Shown here one piece after another: positions 38,155 to 50,654 of a DNA stretch of 64,000 nucleotides. Every line of letters begins with the position of its first letter. Position 1 is the first letter of the stretch. Made by a program: the position numbers and the translations under genes. Under the pieces are notes generated by a model. That model had not been told where the DNA came from and did no database searches. It saw nothing but the letters and a program-made list of their open reading frames with translations. Source of the DNA: Haliotis rufescens (Eukaryota); the NCBI RefSeq assembly GCF_023055435.1, contig NW_025963779.1, positions 24,552,001 through 24,616,000 on the forward strand, read 5' to 3'.

Positions 38155-38451
38155 GGTGAGGTGGGGTGAAATGGGGTTTAACGTCGCGTCCAAGATTATT
38201 GCAATTATATAGCGACGTGCATGTACGTGTTTGTGTGGCTGCTTGTACTAGTCCGGACTGATGCCGATTTATAGTGCTAGCCCACCGAGATACCATGCCG
38301 CAGTTTAACATGAATACCCCACTCAGACACAGTATAGTGACTCCGAGCCGACCAGTCCTTGTTTTAGCCCCTTAATGCCAAGCGCTAGACTGGGTAACAA
38401 CACGTACCATCTTTTAACGTCTTTTGGTATGACGCTGTCGGGGATCGAACC
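38155..38451 (-). mobile_element. SINE family 4, 5'-truncated copy
   Basis: Reverse complement of the 39053-39403 body and tail. Confidence 0.85.
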
Positions 38452-39052
38452 AATGAAATTACATAACAATGCTTTGCAGACCATTGTGACGTCACTGGTT
38501 ACCATGACGTCACAATCAAATGACATCACTAATAGCAGTACTTTTTACACTGAAGGCTCTGCTAAAAACTGCAAATTGGAAGAATGATGTTGGATGATAA
38601 ATAAAATCTCACCCTCGTGTCTTTTGAGATCAAATATATTAACACTCGTTGATAAATGTGGCAAAAACCCTCAGCAAGCCTCGGAATTTTTCCACTTTTA
38701 TTTTCATGTCATTGTTTAAATATACAATGTCAGCCTAGAGAATAAGCAGACTCGATTATCCGCCGAAACAGATTCAATTGGGCCCAAAACGCAAAATAGC
38801 CGTGAATGGATCACTGACAATCACTGATGACAACAAATCAAATATTAATGAAACACTAATTGGCATGAAATTGTACTTTCTGTAATCTCAGAATGTAGCT
38901 TGTACATAATATAAATTATGTCATTGTACCTCTAATGACGCTATTAGCGGTCTGATGTAAGTAAAGCTCCCTTCAGTTCAGTCACAATATCTACCTTGTC
39001 AGCGTCTATTATCGGGATCAGCTTTCATCTTGTAAATCTTATACCGTGATTC

Positions 39053-39403
39053 GACCGCCTCCGTGGTCTTGTGGTAGAGCGTCCGCCCGGAGAGCGGAAG
39101 GTCCGGGGTTCGATCCCCGGCCGCGTCATACCAAAAGACGTTAAAAGATGGTACTTGTTGTTACCCTGTCTGGCGCTCGGCATTAAGGGGCTAAAACAAG
39201 GACTGGTCGGCTCGGAGTCAGTATACTGTGTCTGAGTGGGGTATTCATGTTAAACTGCGGCATGGTATCTCAGTGTGCTAGCACTATAAATCGGCATCAG
39301 TCCGGACTAGTACAAGCAGCCACACAAACACACACACGTACATGCACGTCGCTATATAATTGCAATAATCTTGGACGCGACGTTAAACCCCATTTCACCT
39401 CAC
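39053..39403 (+). mobile_element. SINE family 4 (Meta/MESC-like), full-length with 15-bp TSD
   Basis: tRNA head TGGTAGAGCG...GGTTCGATCCCC; central GTCATACCAAAAGACGTTAAAAGATGGTAC. TSD CTTATACCGTGATTC at 39038-39052 and 39404-39418. Confidence 0.92.
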
Positions 39404-39609
39404 CTTATACCGTGATTCATCGAAGTAGAGCGTAAAAAATGTAATGTTCTAAAACACATCCACGATATCTTCTTGTGTTACGATTTTTTTTATACGAGCA
39501 ATAAACGTAACATTTTAATTGGTATTTTAGGAACAATATAAATTTATATTTCAAGTAGGACTTTGCAGGGAGTTTATACGTAGATACTCCTCGTGCTAGC
39601 TATAGGTCA

Positions 39610-39890
39610 CGTGAGGTCAAATGGGATTTTACGTCGCTCAAGACTATTGCACTTATATAGCGACGTGCATAAACGGTTGTGTTTGTGTGGTTCTTTGTAC
39701 TGGTCCGAACTGATGCCGATTTATAAGCCCATTGAGATACCATGACGCAGTTTAACATGAATACCCCACTCAGACACAGCATACTGACCTGTCCTTGTTT
39801 TAGCCCCTTAATGTCAAGCGCCAGGCAGGGTCACAACAAGTACCATCTTTTAACGTCTCTTGGTATGACGGGGCCGGAGATCGAACACCG
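39610..39890 (-). mobile_element. SINE family 4, truncated copy
   Basis: Reverse-complement homologue of 39053-39403. Confidence 0.82.
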
Positions 39891-40242
39891 TATGGTGGCC
39901 GAGAGGGGACAACGCTGAGTGAGAATGGTTTCACGTCGCTTTTAACAATAATCCAGTAATATCACGGGGAACACCAGAAATGGGCTTCACACATTGTACC
40001 CATGTGTGGAATCGAACCCGGGTCTTCGGCTTGACGATCGAACGCTTTAACCACTAGGCTACCCCCACTGCCTCCAGTTGATATGTGTTAACTACACATA
40101 TTGAGAGACATAATTAGTGTGGCCACATAGTTAAGGTTGATAACAATATGAAATGCATTACTATGATTATCTATAACATATATTAAATCAGCTATCATTA
40201 TAAAATGTTATGTATATCTTAAGTATAGTTTTGTCAAAATTA

Positions 40243-40279
<37 letters not shown>

Positions 40280-40313
40280 GACTCATTGTCTGTGTAAAAA
40301 GGTAGAAGATGAC

Positions 40314-41854
40314 TAAACTGAAGTACAAAAGAAAGTACACACCCCACTATTCTGACAGTAAAAGAAGACGGGGCAAACTTTATTGTGATTGTAATGTTTA
40401 ATGTCATTGTTGAGTCATTTTCAAACATGTATAGAATGGATTTAAAGATTTGTGGCCACATAAAACTGTTCAGTTGACAATAACGTCCATAGGCGGTCAC
40501 TCATCAAAAATCACACTTGTAGAAATGATGACAGTCCCAGGTATGAAGGCCATGCGAGTGGTCTTAGTACCTCGTATGACCCCCATTTGAGTTAATGCAA
40601 GCCAGGACACGCCTTCTCATGGAAAAGGTCAACCGTCGGATGACGTCATTAGGGATCCGCTGCCACTCTTCTCGCAGAGCCTGTTCCAGCTGTGGTATGG
40701 TGGTTGGTGGCTGTGCACGTCGTCGCAACTGTCTACCGAGATGGTCCCACAGGTGTTCAATGGGTGACAAGTCCGGAGAGCGTGACGGCCAAGGCAAAAG
40801 CTGAATGTTCTGACGGTTCAGGAAGTCCATAGTGAGTCTAGCGGTGTGTGGTCGGGCGTTATCTTGCTGAAAAAGAAACCCCTGCCTTTGCCCCTGCATG
40901 AAGGGGATCACCACCGGCTGTAACACTTGGTCCCTGTACCTCTGGGCTGTCAGGGTCTGGTGGAGAATGACCAAATCCGTCTTCTGTTCGCGGCAAATGC
41001 CTCCCCAAACCATAACGCTGCCTCCGCCAACAGGATGAACTTGTTGGACACATGCTCCAGCCAGTCGCTCGCCTCTACGTCGGTAGACTCTCACTCTACC
41101 GTCAGCATGGTAGAGGTTGAATCGACTTTCATCGGTAAAGAGGACTCGTGACCAGTCACGACGTTGCCAGCGTCTGACTCTTCTTGCCCAGCGAAGACGG
41201 CTGATACGGTGTTGAGCGGTCAAGGTCATCCCACGGAATGGTCGATAAGCCCGGATACCGGCAGCTCGTAGTCGTCTCATGACTGTGTTCCTGCTGATGT
41301 GGTGACCTAACGCTGTCGACGCTGTTGATGCCATGGTGAGGAACCTGTTGCGCAGGTGTAATGTGCGTATGTACCGGTCTTCTGCAGGGGTCGTCACTCT
41401 CGGTCTTCCTCTTCTTGGGCGGTCGGATGTCTGGCCAGTCTGGTTGACACGACGAAGGAGTCTGATAATGGTTTGCCTGGTGCAGCCAAGGGTCCTTGCG
41501 ATGTGACTGTTCGACGCCCCCACTGGGGACATTCCCACGGCTCTCTCTCGCTCCGCTGCTGTTAAACGTGGCATTTGTCTTGTGTTTTTTTCGTTGAATG
41601 TGTAATGAACGATAGAATCCACTGCCTTTCATACTGTTTCTACGCACATTGCACGTGCAAATGGAGTAAATTGCCATTTTCACAATGTGTGCTTTTGTTG
41701 CCTATCATAATGTCTAGGTTACGTTTCTGCGATATGCTCTCATTGGTTTTGTTCATTACATAGCGATAGCGCCAAACATGTAACAACTTTTTCAACCATA
41801 TGCGTAATATATGATATTTTAGGGGTGTGTACTTTCTTTTGTACTTCAGTTTTA
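40314..41854 (-). mobile_element. Tc1-family DNA transposon, full-length
   Basis: Perfect 31-bp TIRs AAACTGAAGTACAAAAGAAAGTACACACCCC (40315-40345 / 41822-41852) with TA at both borders. Confidence 0.96.
40564..41574 (-). CDS. Tc1 transposase, DD34E, 336 aa from MPRLT
   Basis: HTH, GRPR, FTDES, QQDNARPH, SPDLSPIEHLW; 34 residues between the second D and the E. No stops. Confidence 0.96.
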   Translation of the reverse strand: MPRLTAAERERAVGMSPVGASNSHIARTLGCTRQTIIRLLRRVNQTGQTSDRPRRGRPRVTTPAEDRYIRTLHLRNRFLTMASTASTALGHHISRNTVMRRLRAAGIRAYRPFRGMTLTAQHRISRLRWARRVRRWQRRDWSRVLFTDESRFNLYHADGRVRVYRRRGERLAGACVQQVHPVGGGSVMVWGGICREQKTDLVILHQTLTAQRYRDQVLQPVVIPFMQGQRQGFLFQQDNARPHTARLTMDFLNRQNIQLLPWPSRSPDLSPIEHLWDHLGRQLRRRAQPPTTIPQLEQALREEWQRIPNDVIRRLTFSMRRRVLACINSNGGHTRY

Positions 41855-42850
41855 CATAACTCACATCAGAACGCACACTTGTTAACCATACAGTTTAAAT
41901 GGATAGAGAATTGCTACATAAATATGTATATTCCTGTCTGAGCCTATACTATAATTGGATATCTAGTCTCTCCTGGTGGGAAAGTTAAACTATATTTTAC
42001 AAGCACTTAAGCATTAAATTTCATTCCCGAAGACAGTTTGATCGAAAGTCATTATAAGAAACGAGTTTTTTAAAATTTTTTTTATTTACGACGCATTTCA
42101 TTTCTGTTGTCCAAGGAATGGGGTTACCGGTTAATGACGCTCTCGAAATTCGTATATGTGACTTAAGGTAGAGACAAATATCTAATTCATCTGTATTTTG
42201 TAAGGGAAATATAACTGTGTACATGTACATCTTTTGTTTGCATAATGTGCATGCAACTTAATGAACATAATTGTGACCCCGAAATCGGACGAGCACATAT
42301 TCGGCTTCAATTCCAAATCTAATGCCCGAAAAAAATATTCTTTGGACGTTGTAAAAAATACAAACTGGCTAATAAAACTGACAATTATTTGTCAATATAT
42401 GATCTCCTTTTTATCAGTTTTAAGATTGATGGAGGAATGAAGGGGGGATACTGTGAACAAAATGAAAATATGAACAGTGACTATCTGTATTCTGTGATCC
42501 TGCATACTTTTTACACTACAAGAAAATATACAAGCTAAACGAGAAAAACTTACCTGTGTATTTTGTAACTTATTTATCTACTACAAGATGTTTAAAAAAT
42601 CTGATCATAAGAGGCAAAATAGCGGTGAGAATTACAGGAATGGATCACTAAATGTCAGCAAAAACCATTTTAATGTACGGCATTATGGGAAATATCGCTT
42701 TCTCGCTCTATCACTTCCTCTAATGACTAACCATAGTCATATGAAGGAATCGGGTGTTCTTTAACTTCTTTTGAATAGTATGTACTGTAAATCTTGAAAT
42801 AAACGTTAGAGTTAATTATAAATGCAAACAAATTAGCGTAGACGTAATAA

Positions 42851-43171
42851 CCGCATTCGACGTAATAAGCGCCCAGGGCGCTCTCAAAATTAGAATATTA
42901 TTTTGGTGAAAAGAAGTTGAGTTGAAAGATGAATTTCGTGGTTTATGCTGACAGCCTGAAATGTTTATGTACGACAGATATATTTTTCCCGAATTAAATT
43001 GCCCATAATTAAGTGTGCATATAACGAGTGCTTATTATACGCGAATAAATAAGTCTTGTGTACATTAATCAATCGGAAGGGGTGCTAATTGGGATTGTTT
43101 ACTAGCCAATATATTAGCAAATATTGCCGTGGGCGTTTATTAGAGCGGGGCGCTTATTACGTCGAATACGG
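42851..43171. mobile_element. MITE, second copy of 10859-11236
   Basis: Same TIRs and internal sequence. Confidence 0.85.
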
Positions 43172-43828
43172 CAATTATACCTTGCATTTATGTCTCAGAA
43201 ATGACAGTCACTGTTGATAAGACGGCCTCACTGGACACTTTGAATAGCGGAAATACCAACTTGAATATAAAACCAATCAACTATCTATTTCCACATTACG
43301 GTTACTGAGAACAATATGTCATCCAAAAACTAGAAATTACATAATGGACATCCGGTAGTATAACCATTGCTTGGGTGAGGACTTCCACTTTGATGACATC
43401 TACTCCGCAAACAGAATAAGCATTGATATAAGCATTGTTTTAGGGAAACACTATTGCCTTTTAGGAAGGACGTACTACTCAGCGCTATTGAGCGGTGTTA
43501 TTTGCGATTTGTTTTGATAACTTGGCCTGGGGGCGGGGGGTCCAATAGCTAAATAGGGCCATAAATCAGTCAACTTCTTTTTTACGCAGAAATACGTGGA
43601 TTGTTGTTAAAGCACATATGTCTCTACTATTAAATTATATTTAAGTAGATAGTGCGAAAATTTCAACATTCCGTCCATATGTATAATTTGAAACGCGACT
43701 TGGAAAAATCTCAGCTCTCTTTTATGATTATAACCAACATCAGCCCACACTGAGGACAATTCATTAATGTTGTTTCACGTATATACTTTTTTATCGTATA
43801 GAAACACATAACGCATGCGACCCATATC

Positions 43829-43941
43829 GTGGCCAAGAGGGAATATTGCTATACCGCGAGAAAGCGATAGAGCGAGAAAGCGATAAAACAATAAAGCGAG
43901 AAAGCGAGAAAGCGAGAAAAGCGATGTCCCCTCTCGGCCAC
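43829..43941. mobile_element. Small TIR element with (AAAGCGAG/T)n interior
   Basis: GTGGCCAAGAGGG / CCCTCTCGGCCAC inverted ends. It abuts the start of duplication B. Confidence 0.55.
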
Positions 43942-46732
43942 AATAGTTGAGGCATGTCATCGTATCAATGATCATGATGTCAGTCACTGGATTGTCTGGT
44001 CCAGACTCGATTATTTACAAACCGCCGTCATATAGCTGGAGTGCGTTGTTAAACAACAAACGAACAAACAAATCATATTACATTGCGCATGTACTGGAGG
44101 CTAGCAATGCAACATATAAATATGTCTCCTCGAGTCTTTTGTACAGTTCAAACATCCTGTTACTTACATTGAATAAGTTAATGTAAACACAACAGAGCCG
44201 CATCATGAACTGAAAGATGAACCACAACCAGGATTCTCTGACGAAAGCTATGCAAGGAGGAGTTACTTCCCTTATTTGCCAAGGCGGCGTAGGATCAAAG
44301 ACGGCCAACGATAAACCGAAGTAGTTGCTTTCATAACCATGGATTCTTATCAGACCAAGATATCTGGTCTATGTTTCAATTCGAAAATACACATCTGAAT
44401 GACGTATTTAATTTATGTCAAATATGTGTTGAAATGAAAAGATATATATAGTGTTATACCTTATGTCATTCTTCAAATTACCCGTGAAGATCCGGGGTAG
44501 AATAGGTCTTTAGCAATCCATGCTTGTCGTAAAAGGCGTCTATGCTTGTCATGAGAGGCGACTAACGGAATCGGGTGGTCAGGCTCACTGACTTGGTTGA
44601 TGCTTGTCATCGTATCCCAATTGCGTGGATCGATGCTCATGATGTCAATCACTGGATCGTCTGGTCCAGACTCAATTATTGACAGACAGCCGTCAAATAG
44701 CTGGAATACTGCTAAGTGCGGCGTTAAACAAAAAACCAAAACAACAACAACAACAACAACAACAAAAACAATCATTCTTCAAGGACTGTCACTCTTGTTA
44801 ATACATGATAGCTAATATAGAGGAACATACTTCACCTTTATTCATCCCATATTAAACTTCGGAGAAACGACAATTATATTTGCCGAAACGCATGGGATGG
44901 CCACTGTTTACAAATATGCTGTATGTGTTACAACTTTGTTCTTGGTCAGATGATAGCCACGTATAAGTAAGGGGAAGAGGTGGTTCGACCAGTCAGGGGA
45001 ATTCGTACATTTCCAAACAGAGAATGCAAACCCCCACCCTCCTGGCATCAAATTTTTGTTTGTTTGTTTTATGTTGTTTAACGTCGCACTCAACAATATT
45101 CTAGCTATATGACAGCGGTTTGTAAATTATCGAGCCTGGACCACACAATCCAGTGATTGACATCATGAGCATCGATCCCTGCAATTGGTAGACGAAGACT
45201 CGCATCTTTCCGTAATTTGTCCCGGAATCGCACGACTTTGTCGCGATAGCCCTGGCGATGCTATGGCAGGAGGAGTTACCTCCCTTCCGACTACACTTGA
45301 CGCGGCGTATCAGTGACAGTCCAGTGCAGACGACACTTAGTTTCACTGGATATAATGTGACGGGCGAGGCAGACCTCACACCTATCTCAACTCAGGGTAA
45401 TACCGATGTTCCCTTGGAGAATATACTCTTACTATTTCAAAATCAACTTCTCATTTCATCGACTGGCTATCATATGCCTAATAAATCAATGGTATTTTGA
45501 TATGTTTGTGTGTAACTATTGCAATATAAATTGTATAAATATGAAAAAAGTATGAAACTATCATTTTTGAATCTGTGAATGAAATGTTATATCTATTTAA
45601 GACATTGTAAATACTAATCAATGCAGTAAATCATACGTAGCCTATGGTGTCATATATTAAAATTGATATGCATTTGCAATATTGATGATTCTAATCAACT
45701 CAAAGGTCGGTGTTTTCGAGTGAAATCTTCACTATCATTATCTCCCCGACGACATCTATATCTGTCGCAACATGCTTAGATAGCATATACAACACACACC
45801 TATGGGTTCACTTTGACCCGTTGAATCGTGACATAATTTCCTTTCCCGTCGTGGTCATCGAGGGTGAGTACATACGAAATGGCAGGCGCGTATTATATGT
45901 AATTTGAGCCTGTGTAGGTTAGTGTGTATCATATGTGTCTCCCGTGCCATGTTGATCTGTCATGGTAGACAGCCAGAGGGACTCGTCAAGCACAGCCAAC
46001 AGTCGAACCAAGAAGTGGGTGTCCCCGCGTCCGTAAACAACATGGCTGTGCTCGGCGATCGTGAACTGGTACTGCAGTAGTTATATCGAGAGCAGAAAGT
46101 AGATAGGATGCTATATTTCCATGTTTGTAGATCGAGTTGTGTTAGGCTAATGGATATCATAATCCTTCAGCACGGATGCGTAGATTGTGTTATCATGTGA
46201 TGTGATTTGTACACTTCTAGTGTCATTCTCAAAGATCGACATGATATCCCAAACACCATTTGTACACTACTAGTGTCATTACTCAAAGATCGACATGATC
46301 ACCCACACAACCTTTGTACACTACTGGTGTGATAACTCAAGAATCGACATGATGTCCCAAAAAACATTTATACAGCAGCAGTGTCATAACTCACCTATCA
46401 TTATGTCCAACGTTAGTGTCTTTATTTACAGACTGGTCTAACATAATATCCTGTATTAGATATGTTCTGAGTCTTCGCAATTCAGAGGAGCGACCATTAG
46501 CTGTGGCAGAATCCGCTGAACGTGGGTTCGATTATGAACCTTTGTCTCTCGGAGCCTCACCCGTGCATCACCGTACATGTGTTTCATCAAAGTGAACTTC
46601 TTGAAAAGCTTGACTTTCATCCTTCCTTTATGGCAGTATTATCTATATGAACTCTCGTGAACAATCACAAAACTAATACTTGTATGCGGTTTGAAGTTTG
46701 CCTTTCAACGTGTATATGTCTTTGCTTGTCAG

Positions 46733-48480
46733 GTCGAGGTGGTGCATCTCCAGGAGAAGCTGCCCAGGCCGCTGTGAAAGCCGTGGCTAAGTTTGACAAC
46801 CAGCATCTGCAGAAGGTGTTTTTGGTTACAATCGACAAATCCATCGGCGACATATTGTATACCCAGTGTGAATACAAAGGAAGTCCTCTCCGTCGTGAGA
46901 AAAACTTTAAACGTCGAAACTCCATGCAGAAGTTAATGTCCTTTAGGAATTGTATATCCTCTGCAGTTTCAAGAACAGAGGATGAGGATAGGGCTAGCTA
47001 TGGAGATGAAAGGAGAGATGAAACCAATTTTCACCGAAATCAATATACAGGATCGATCGAGGGAAATGAGAATCACAACAGATATAGACCAGAAAGTGAG
47101 TATGCCGGTAGGTGTAGAAAAGTATCAACAGACTACCGTTCAGGTTCTCACCGCAACAGATACCAGAACCGCAGATACCCGGATGAGGGGTACGGACCAA
47201 TTACCCATGGGTATGAAGATAGTGAGAGTGATGAAACCTTTATACATACAGGAGCGGTGAACACAAGTGAGAAACGCCACAGAGATAGGCGATCTGAAAC
47301 GGTTCCAGGTTCACGTACTGTGAATGACCAAGGTTGGTCAATGGGACCGGGATCTTCTAGGGCAGCGGTATGGGATAATGCTTTCATGCCTGACCGTGAA
47401 AACAGATGTGACACACGAGAAGCAGGGCACAGGCATGTAGATGGACAGGGTGATGATTATGGAAGACCAGTAAAGACCATGCAGACAAACCCGGGTGACA
47501 CGACACACAGAAATAATGCACATCGCGAAGGAGTTGATGGGCATGGACAGGAAAGGGAAGGCTACTCTGGGTACAACAAAGCAAACAATGAGACCATGTT
47601 TTCTTTACCGGACCGAAATCACAATGGCGATACAAGGGGTGAATCTGGAAACAGGTCGCTGAACGTTGCTGACGTACATTCAAGTCACATCCCATCACAA
47701 TCTTTTCCAAGGCATTCCAGGTCAGATCCTGTATCTTTTCGTGCAATGTTACAGGCAAACATCTATAACGCGCCCCACCGGGACACCACACATGACAGCC
47801 ATCATTTGAGTTACAAGGGATACTCCACTGATAGACATGGCGATGATGGTAGGCGACAACAACAGTGGCAACAATCCAAGACAACCAAGGCAACTCTTGT
47901 CGTCGGTCAGACATGTTTGGATGAAAGCGCATCTGGATTTGATCACAATGGCAGTGTCCTCCATGGCACTAGTCGCTCACCCTATCCATTGACCGTCAAC
48001 CTTGATGCCGTCGGCGGAGAGCTAAGGAATGTAAGACATTCTTCAATTACAGACAGGATACGAGGCATGGATAATTCCACCAGACCAGAAGTCGTAATAA
48101 AGATTGAAATCAATGGAGTTCCCTATGGGGATAGTACAGTCCCGCCTGGAAATAGCAGTGGGAAGGTAGCAAGGAAGGGAAGTAGCAATGATGTCAAGCT
48201 CTTTGATATGAGTGATACCAGAAGTCCTATTTATATTGGCCCAATCACAGACCCAAAATGGCTGAAGAAATGCGGCCATGTGTTCTGTCGGGAGTGCATA
48301 GATGACAGCTTCAAGAAGTTCAAACCCGTGTGTCCCAGCTGCAACATGGTGTATGGCGTCCTGACGGGGAACCAGCCGGAGGGGTCCATGGATGTCGCCT
48401 TCAGCGGGGAGCACCTGCCTGGGTATGAGACCTGTGGCACCATCAGTATCACATACCATCTGCCTAGTGGCATACAGAGG
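46733..48480 (+). pseudogene. Deltex copy B exon 2: open frame, RING-defective, macro exon missing (pseudogene or inactive paralogue)
   Basis: Paralogous to 17436-19183. RSCPICIG has become RSPIYIG; splice sites are intact; no stops. Confidence 0.75.
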
Positions 48481-48894
48481 GTAAGTGTCATTGGAGTTAC
48501 TAAAATGCGTGGCGTGTATATACATTAATATATACGTGTCAGACTCAAACGTACACGTTGAAGTAATGTGAAATATTTTAATAGTGATGTAGTGTTTACA
48601 ACAAAAGAACAATACAAAAAGCATGAAGAAATTGGATATTTTATATATGTCTGAAACGACATGTTGGAGTTTTCTTCATTTCCTACCCTTTTCGCAAACA
48701 CCTCATGTCATCACTGAATTTCAGTGATCCATTCGTATATTTTTTCATTTGTCTTTTCCGCCCAGTGGTATTTGTTTCGGCAGATAATAGAGACTTGTAA
48801 TTTTCTGACGTAGACGTTATATATACATTTATGTGCAGCCTGATGTTTGGGTGTGATGTTTTTAAAACTTAAACTATACCACATGGTATTGCAG

Positions 48895-49112
48895 GAAGAC
48901 CACCCGAACCCAGGACAGCCCTACAAGGGAACAACGAGACGAACTTTCCTGCCAGACTGCCGAGAAGGAAGAGATGTTCTCCGTCTCCTGAGGAAAGTGT
49001 TTGACAGGAAGTTAACCTTTACCATCGGTCGTTCTACAACTACCGGTCAAGAGAATGTCGTAACGTGGAACGACATCCACCATAAGACGAACATAGAAGG
49101 TGGACCCACGAG
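48895..49112 (+). CDS. Deltex copy B exon 3 (DTC core)
   Basis: 218 nt with intact borders and WNDIHHKT. Confidence 0.75.
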
Positions 49113-50042
49113 GTAAACAGATGGTGTTTCTATGCGTCGAAATTATAATGTTATTTGAACTATTTGTTTCGAAGCAGTTGAAATACTTCTGTTCAGATCA
49201 GTAGCACCAATACAAGTATTCAGCAAGCTGTCATATTCTCAAGTACATATTACTAGTTATCCCGCGATATGCCAAGGAGAGGCACGGGCCACCGAGCCGT
49301 GGATGCCCGTGCCTATAATAAAAACAGAAGATGAGATTGGGTTAAATGGCCGAGGATGTGCAGGTACTAGTGGGCTGCTAAGCTGCTAATTGTGTATACC
49401 AAAATGCTACCGTTGCCATGGCCACTAGCGTGGCCAATGGCGATTCGCAGCTAGCACTGCTGGCCTGAGACTGCTACCGCTGTCCGGCCCCCACAGTAGC
49501 ATATTTAAATGCTACCATTGCTTAACAACTACTACGCTGCCAAAAGCAACTCCACGCTGCCAAAAGCAACTCCACGCTGCTGGCCTAAGTCAGACTACCG
49601 CTGCCCGGCCCCAGGTAGCTGGCAAAAGCAGATCCCACTGCCTGGCCCCATTAGCAAAACCACTGTGCGACTACCGCCGCGGACCCAACTGTCAGCTACC
49701 GCTTGACAAGACGACTTCCGCCGCCGGCCCATATACGTGGCATTTGTTTGCCCCAACGTATGTTATTTTACGATTCCCCTGCTGAAAAGTCGGGAAAGAC
49801 AAGGTTCCCACTGAGAAGCAGGTAACCCTGGAAAGGTTCCCGCTGAAAAGCAGATAGCCTTAAGCACGAGTATTAATTTGGAAGCAAGTTAATTTGTTAC
49901 TAGCAGTGTAGCCCACAAGAACCCCGCCACAAAGCACCAGAGTGCTACCCCACACCCATGGCCACGCGATACGCGGAGATAGCATTGTTGTCCCGCTTGC
50001 CTATGTACTGAAAAGAAACACTAACCTGTGGAGATAACATCC

Positions 50043-50654
50043 TTACTGGCGCCAAACAAGCGCCAGGGCATGCAATAAATTGTCCGTAAACACACACAGT
50101 CCTTTGTCACTGAGGTGGACGCCCTCCCAGGCGTACCATGTCTTGTCTGATGCCAGGATCTGGGGATGTGGCACTATTGTATCGCCGAGCTCTTTGACTT
50201 GGTTGACCAGTTGGCGGTTGATATTCTTCCGCATCCCCTCGATCTTTAGTGGATCCCTGGCATCGTGCCAGTAGCCCCTGGGCAGTATTGAGGACACGAT
50301 GATCTTGGTGTCAGGAAGCTGGAGTTGTATCCGAAGGATTGATGCCACCATGTCAAGGTAGAGTTGGCTGCCCTTGACCGAGCACAGGTCGTTGGAGCCC
50401 AGGTGAATGATGAGGGCTCTGGGGCTGCACCGTGTAGCCTTGACCTGTGCATCTAGAATGGTGTCCAGCTCCTTCCACCTCATGCCCCCTCGTGCCAGCC
50501 GTAGCATCCTCGGTTGGTTCGGACTGGTGCCCTTCAGGAGCAAGTACTGCCATGCCCTGGCCATGTAGCTGGATCCCACCATCCAAACTCTTGTAGCTGG
50601 TGTGTGGACTGGAACTGGTGTAAGGCATTGATGCCTGTTTGTTAAGTGGCCCAT
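50043..50654 (-). CDS. SGNH/GDSL-like hydrolase ORF of the retroelement
   Basis: Blocks VWMVGSSY, RGGM, IIHLGSND, EGVHL. Confidence 0.85.
   Translation of the reverse strand: MGHLTNRHQCLTPVPVHTPATRVWMVGSSYMARAWQYLLLKGTSPNQPRMLRLARGGMRWKELDTILDAQVKATRCSPRALIIHLGSNDLCSVKGSQLYLDMVASILRIQLQLPDTKIIVSSILPRGYWHDARDPLKIEGMRKNINRQLVNQVKELGDTIVPHPQILASDKTWYAWEGVHLSDKGLCVFTDNLLHALALVWRQ

Larger units (their letters stand above)
43945..49253 (+). repeat. Segmental duplication B (older paralogue of about 7730-10365 joined to about 16900-19957)
   Basis: Collinear similarity including the same SINE insertion with its TSD; internal deletion at about 46210. Confidence 0.92.
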
